Shown piece after piece: positions 34,193-42,835 of a DNA stretch of 42,835 bases. The DNA comes from Cercozoa sp. M6MM. Lineage: Eukaryota; Protista; Endomyxa: Ascetosporea. Both the position numbers and the translations under genes were made by a program. The stretch is taken from the NCBI GenBank assembly GCA_040357565.1, contig JBDODJ010000093.1. The stretch is one strand, 5' to 3'. The first letter of the stretch is position 1; every line of letters starts with the position of its first letter. Below the pieces are notes generated by a model. That model saw nothing but the letters and a program-made list of their open reading frames with translations, was not told the DNA's origin and made no database searches.

Positions 34193-35639
34193 ATGAAGCT
34201 TGTGTTGACTACGTTGTTGGCTGCCTCGAGTGCGCTCGCTGCCTCCTGCGCCTCTCATTCAGTACTACCTCGTTATTGACTGGATGCACACACACGGATG
34301 CACTCTTGTTTCCGATCAGGCGACCTTCTCCTCGAGCAGCAGTGAGTTCACTCTGCGCGGCGCCATGACCGTACTGCATTCTCACCTTCCCCTTCCTTCG
34401 GTCCCCGGAGTTCCGGCGCAATACAATGCATGGCACTCTCTCACTGAGCAGGACTGCATCGCTGACACCGTCGACGACGTTGGCAAGCAACAGCGCTGCA
34501 CTGCTGTTCTGCACGAGACTCCTGCAGGACAGTACGCGGTCACGTGCTACGAGCATTCGTGTACTATGTTCGCTATGTTCGATCTCTCTCACACACACGC
34601 ACTTCCCGGACTCGAGCTGAATTCAGCTGCTAAATATATACCACCTTGCCCCCCCCCGCCTCCGCTGCCAATTTCCCTTGTTCAGCGTCGTGCCCTGCCA
34701 ACCAGTCTGTCGCCGCCACTGCCGCTGGCGTTCCTTCCACTGATGTCGTGCTTCACGCTGCTTGGTACAGTGCACACACTCTCAAATCTGGCCCTACTGT
34801 AAGTTTACCTTGCCCATGTTTCGACAGCGGCACCCAAGGCCAGTCGCTGACGTCGCCGTACGGAGGTCGCCAACACGTGTGCCGCAAGGTCTGTATGTTT
34901 CCTTTAAATTTGCTGTATCTAAGCTCAGCTGAAGTGTTATTTTGACTGCTTGGCGCGGCAGCTCGTGCGGCCTTCTACAGTCACTCCATTACGTTCTCAT
35001 ACGGTGCGTTCCTGTCAGTGTGTGTGTGTGTGCAGTGACTGTGACAGCGAGTGGCCACTGTGTTATCTGCTAACGTGCGTGTATGGATAGTGCCGCCGGG
35101 CGAGGACTACGTCGAAACGTGCCTGTCGATGTGCGCTACCGCCGACGCGCTGAACCCGACGAATGAGAAACTCGACCGCATTCTGCTGTCCTCCAACGGC
35201 TCGAGCAAGTATTTACTTACTTTTATTTCCATTTCCGGACGCAGTCTCGGAAGATCGGAGATGTATTGAGTGAGTGCATGCCTGTAAATTGATGTGATAT
35301 GCAAACTGCAGTGATGTCAAGTGCTTCTGCGCCACTGCCGCGGTACCTTTGATTGACTCTACTGAAGTCATGCCAGTCGGTTGAACGAAAGGGGTATGTG
35401 TGTCGTGTGCAGAACACGGAAGCCAACGTGCTTGGCACCTGTGCGTACAAGGACGTACGTTTCTTCGCAGTTTGTCTCAGTGTAGTGCACATGTATCTTT
35501 CCTTGCTTCTGTGCAGTGCCCGATTGCGCCGGGCTCGTGGTACCAGGCCAAGTGCGGCGACGGACTCGGCGACGTCCCGTACTACGACACTCACCAGGAA
35601 GTCACCGTGTACACCAACACAATGGCTGTGTCGTCGTAA
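34193..35639 (+). CDS. Secreted cysteine-rich hypothetical protein
   Basis: MKLVLTTLLAASSALAASC signal peptide; many short Cys-containing exons ending CPIAPGSWYQAKCGDGLGDVPYYDTHQEVTVYTNTMAVSS*. Confidence 0.65.
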
Positions 35640-36139
35640 ACGAGACCCGACACTGTAAACTACTGCCTAACTGGCAACGGCGCGGTGAGCACAAGAGCGA
35701 CTCTGTCGTCGCTTTCCTGACCGTTCATAGCGATTGTTTTAGTAAGTTCTGAAGAGATAACGTAAGTTTAGTTGCCAGTGCATTGGGTCTGTACTTAAAT
35801 TAATTCACGCTGCCGTCAGTGCCGGTGTGTTCAATACTTGTCTTGCTGTTTAAATCCGGGTCGTCTGCTCGAGTGCAATCGCACCTGGGCGACCTCAGTT
35901 CAGTTGTGGAGATCTTAGTAGAGCGGTTTCTCCAGCCAGGCCACAAGTGACTAGTGACTCTGTTGGGGTGACTTTTATGTATTGTTTTGTATTATTTAAA
36001 GTTACCAATACATCTAATGACGCATGAAAATTGGGAAAAAGTGTTGAGTTCTGTGAAAATTGCAGCTTACGCAACTGCGATGTTCTCGTGGTAGCATTAC
36101 TTTTGAAAGGTAATATGGTAGCGACGTGGCGTGCGTGGA

Positions 36140-38459
36140 CTAGGCATTGTTAGCCTGCAGGAAGAGCGACTGCAAGATGCGTGCCTCGAGAGCAACCGTC
36201 CGCTTGCTGTCGGTTCCATCGGCGTTTTCACTGGCAGTACCAGTGTCGAGGGTGGCCAGAACGTCGCCTCCTTCAAGCTGCACCTGCGAGAGGAACTGCA
36301 CAATCTCTGAGAGTTGCGTGTCACTCACGATCGTCATTTGTTTCGCAAGTTGAGCAGCCAGCGCCATCAGACATGTCTTGGCGTAGAACCACGTGTCTGT
36401 GTTAAGCTGCAATCGGCACAGGGCAGTGAGTAAGAGAGCCGGAGAGTCTGTAGAAGGGCAATAGAGACGAGTTGTACCTTTTCGTGAAGAGGCGTCAGAC
36501 TGCGCAGCACGCGCTGAATGCCGAATTCAAAATTTCCCTTGGCGCAGTACAGCGTGCCAATCACGAGGTTTACGATGCACAGGTGGTACTCGTGAGAAAC
36601 AGTGCTGCTAGTAGACTGCAGCTTTCGCATCGAGGCAGCTTCCTCTTCCTCCTTCTCGAGCTGATGCATGATGGCCTCTGCCTCCTCGTTCTGCGACATG
36701 AGGATGTAGGACACGCACAGATTGGCCACCACAATGGCAGGAACGTCGAGCAGTCGGTGCGCGCTCCGCACGGTGGGTTCATAGAACCGAATGGCCTCCT
36801 TGAACTTGTCCTCCTGCATGAAGAAGCAGTGCGCCAGGTTGAGCTGCCAGACCGAGTGCTCGGCGCAGAACTCCTGACTCTTCTGCAGCAGCTTTTCGAC
36901 CATCTCAAAGTGATTACGCTCCCAGTAGATTCTGGCCTGTGCCATGAGAATCGGCACGTAGGCCTCGAGAGCCTCTTGGTAGCGTCCGAGTGCCGCACGG
37001 ATGGTTTCCTGCAGTTCCCAAATTCTCCAAGTGTTTGAATACAGTTACCAAACCGAACAGAGTTCAGTCCTACCGGGTGCACGTTCTGTCGCTGTCGTGC
37101 ACTCTGAATTTCCTTCGAGAGCGCACGGAGTTTTTCGATGTGTTTTTGTGCTTGTGTGTCGAGTTGCTGGAACGCCTCAGCCGGTGCAGTTGGCGATAGG
37201 CAGAGTGCGCGCAGAAAGTCTGTGGTCGCCTTCGAAGAATCGATGGAGCTGATGAGATGTGCGTTATCAGCCAGAGTGTCGGCCGCTGTGGAAATCTTAT
37301 CCAGTCGAATGAGTAAAAGCACGAGATTCGTGAGTGTCTGCGGTGGAAACACGTCGGCCTGCAGCAGGAACGTCAGCTTTTGCAGTGCCACCTGCGGATT
37401 CTCACCTTCGCCTTCGACAATTGCCGTGTTGTGCAGAGTCACCGGGTCCAACTCATAGTCGGCACGAGGCGGCAAGGCACACAGTGCCTGCGCTGCACCT
37501 TCGGTGTTCCTGTTTTGCCACTCGATGGCTGCTTTCTGTAGAATGAAGTGTTTATATCCAACTTGTGTTATATTTCACAAAATAAACTGTCAGTGTTCGT
37601 ACGAGGTTCAACGCTTCCACCAGCGCTGTTTCTTTCAAGGCCGCAGAGTTGCCAACTGAGTGGGCTTGCTCCTTCTCTTTGTGCGCAGACACTGCGAGCT
37701 CAGGGTGCTCCTGTACTCGCAATTTATGAACCTTCGAAACTGATGTAGGATCGAGCACGTATCTACCACAATCCCCCTGGTGACGATGTTTTCGAGGTGC
37801 TGCATTGCGTTTGAGTGCTCCTTCGTGTAGAAGCAGGCGAGAGCAGCGTTGTAGGCAATTGAGGGCTGAAAGCCGACCAGTTGCAAGCTGGCGGCAAAGC
37901 ACTGTCGCGCTTTCACAAACTCATTCTGCTGGAAGGCAAAGCAGCCCATCATGCAGTATGCTTGCGCTCGTTGCGTCGTGTTGAGCGACAAGAGTGTCTC
38001 CTCGCTCATCTCGGCCAGGGAGGTGACGTACTGGCGCTGCTCGTACGCCAGTGCAGCTTGCACGAGCAACAACTGTTGACGTGAGCTTTCGTCGCTTTCG
38101 GAGAGGCTGCGCTCGATACGCGAGCACACCTTGCTTGCTTCGGCAAACTGCCCGAGTTTGAACAAGCACTGCGCGTACTGGATGCCGTACTCGTGCTCAC
38201 TCGGGTACATCAGCCACAGCTTTTCGTATGTTGTGACCGCTGCGTCGAAATCTTGCAGACAGCGCTGACAGTATCCAAGAAGAGAAAGACATGCACGTGA
38301 GCGAGGGTGCTCGCCCAGTTGGAACTGCAGTTCGGCGATGGCGTCATCGTAGCACCGCTCGCGAATCAACGAGTACACCTTCACTGTGAGCGAGTTGCTG
38401 CCGGCATCGTTTCCTGCTTTAGGGCCTGCGAGGCCAGTGCCATGCCTCGAGGCAAGCAT
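36140..38459 (-). CDS. IFT70: Intraflagellar transport protein IFT70/TTC30/DYF-1
   Basis: RSRACLSLLGYC, RGIV|EHPEL, ETALVEALNL|KAAIE, PPRADYELDPVTLHN, VPAIVVANLCVSYILMSQNEEAE, HLCIVNLVIGTLYCAKGNFEFGI, LNTDTWFYAK, RTVALEAR; five exons. Confidence 0.95.
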
Positions 38460-38648
38460 TGAAGCAATGGAAAGGCCTAGTCGGTGCCTAAACGCATGAC
38501 TGGGCACTTCGTTTTTTGTATTCTTCGTGAACAAACGAATCTCAAAATAGGGGTAATTCGCGCCGTCAGCGTTTCTCCAGATCACGACCTTGCGCAAATA
38601 AAATCAAAGGAGCTGCATGCACCGAGGAGTCGTAGGCATAGCTTGTGA

Positions 38649-40171
38649 ATGATGCGCCGACTACTTCCAGAAAGACCCTTAGACCATGTCCTCGATCCAG
38701 TGTAAATGACGTTTCTTTGCTGAAACTCTCGAATGACTGCAATTTTATCTTTTGTGTTGAAAGGTATGTATCGGGGACGTACCATTCCACAGCACAACAG
38801 CGTGCGGCAGCGACGAAAGTCCCAGTGCGTGGTGTCGCTCGTGCTGTCTTCTTTGACGTGCCCACAGCAACAGAGTTGCATGTGCCAATATCCACGGCGG
38901 CTCCTCTCGAGGATCCGTTGGTGGAGATGCTGCGGGAGGCAGAGCTCTTACGAAAGAAGGAGGCAGCTACCGACTTGTACGTGTCGAAGAATCAAGGAAC
39001 TCAAACGTTATACCGGGAGTCAGAGACGCAAACGGATCCTTTCTCAGCCAATGTTATCATTCATGGCGATGCCGTGAACCAGAAGCTGCCTCCGCTTCTG
39101 CAAATGGCAAAGTTTTCCTTCGGTATATTTACACCCCACCCCACTTCAGTTCTACAATATTTAGCTTTGATGACATTCTGTGTAATCACGCAGAGAACGG
39201 AGACCTGCCTGCTGGCGAAGACGAGTTGAATCGCATCGAAGAGTGCCTCACCATAGTCGAGCAAATCGAAGAGGCAGAACAGCGCGGTGATCTGGAGCTC
39301 AAGCGGCGACTGCTGGAGCGACAAGAAGTCAACGAATTTCGCGCCAAGAAACGCATGCTGGAGAAACGCGACAATGAGCAGCTTTTCAAGACGAAACGTC
39401 GCTTGCGACAGCAGATGCTCGAACGCGAGCAGGAGCTGCTGCTGCGAGTGGAGAGACGTCGCCAGCGACTGCGCCGCGATCGCTTCGAAGGACAGCGCGC
39501 GCAGTGCAACAAGCAGCGCGCCGTCGTTCGAACTCAAAAGAGACAGAGCGAGGCAATCGCGCAGTTGGTCACCACGGCCGTGCACGACACCCATGTTTCC
39601 GACGAGCTTGTCGATGTCGGCAGCAGTCGCTTCGTGCCGCGACGCGTTTCTGGCACAGTGCCACGTCGCAACGAACAGTGGCACAGCGAAAGTCTCTCCA
39701 CTGCCGACGGACTGCGCGAGTTGCACAATCGAATCGAGCGACAACGAGAGCGAAGCAAACTGCGCAAAGAAAGCGAACAAAAACAGGCGCGGCCGCTCAC
39801 TGTCGCTCAGCGCGAACAGAAACGAATGAACGCAGCGCTCGGAGTAAATTACTCTCTCGATTTATCCATCTAAACTTAGTAACGATTATTGTTGTGCTTA
39901 GGTCTTAGGAAGACAGCTGAGTCGTAAGGTTCAACAAGACATCAAGGCCGAAGACGAAGAGTTCAACGAAGCGCGAGCACAAAACTCTTCAAACTCCGCT
40001 GCGTCATCACAGCTCACTCCCGCTGACACGGTACCCTATAGCTAGCTCTCACAGACAGAAGTCGCTGCCCGCTTGCCTCCTTTCTGGGTTGTATGAATCT
40101 ATTGTGTTCAAACTATCTAGGGCTGGCAGCATGTTCCACCGACCATTGCAGAAGAGGAGAAAACCGCTTGA
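38649..40171 (+). CDS. CFAP91: Cilia- and flagella-associated protein 91 (CFAP91/MAATS1)-like, short form
   Basis: RPLDHVLDPV|YVSG, GTQTLYRESETQTDPFS, GDLPAGEDELNRIE, KRRLLERQE..EF, then a coiled coil. Stop is either TAG 40043-40045 or, after one more intron, TGA 40169-40171. Confidence 0.8.
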
Positions 40172-40437
40172 GTCACGCAAGTCCCCATGGCGCTTTGGCG
40201 CTGACGAAACTAAGACAATAACTGAACTGAACCTCACGTCGACGTAACTTGGACGGGCATAGGTTACACGTGCTACCTACTCTAGTACTGGAGCAATCTA
40301 TTCCATTAGTGTAATGCACGGCAAAATACCGGTCTGAACTTCAGCGAAGTGCGAAAACTGCGTTCGGATCAAAACGGAAAGTCAAACTGTTCCGAGCAGC
40401 TGACTTAGAGAGTCGACTGAACACTCAGGCTGATGCC

Positions 40438-42835
<2,398 letters not shown>

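Noticed and set aside
40176-40260. RNase MRP-like GCAAGTCCCC and hammerhead-like CTGACGA
   Set aside because: No matching GGGGCT partner strand and no hammerhead stems; most likely 3' UTR or spacer.

Overview
Gene-dense, intron-rich eukaryotic (protist-like) DNA; not prokaryotic, and no CRISPR or cas genes. All gene models were spliced by hand, and every intron I resolved has a GT-AG solution. The window holds about 17 protein-coding loci. Recognisable ones: a type I DnaJ (DNAJA/Ydj1-like), Dcp1, a WD40-like protein, a long USP7-like deubiquitinase, a bacterial-type (PLD-family, two HKD) cardiolipin synthase-like protein, a PCIF1/CAPAM-like cap m6Am methyltransferase, a LYR-motif protein, a secreted histidine phosphatase, IFT70/TTC30, a short CFAP91 and a CTL/PNS1 transporter. 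Together they imply a ciliated organism with mitochondria. The most interesting non-coding locus is 33.35-34.0 kb. It has a U1 snRNA gene that folds well but carries a non-canonical Sm site and U1A loop. Directly behind it is an unassigned ~390-nt, highly base-paired plus-strand element that displays a repeated C(C/T)AAAC-like motif roughly every 30 nt. Other oddities: introns filled with telomere-like C-rich or private ~12-nt tandem repeats, GTAC-dominated donor sites, a small dispersed intergenic repeat family and very tight head-to-head gene pairs. Family assignments come from motif recognition only; no searches were run.
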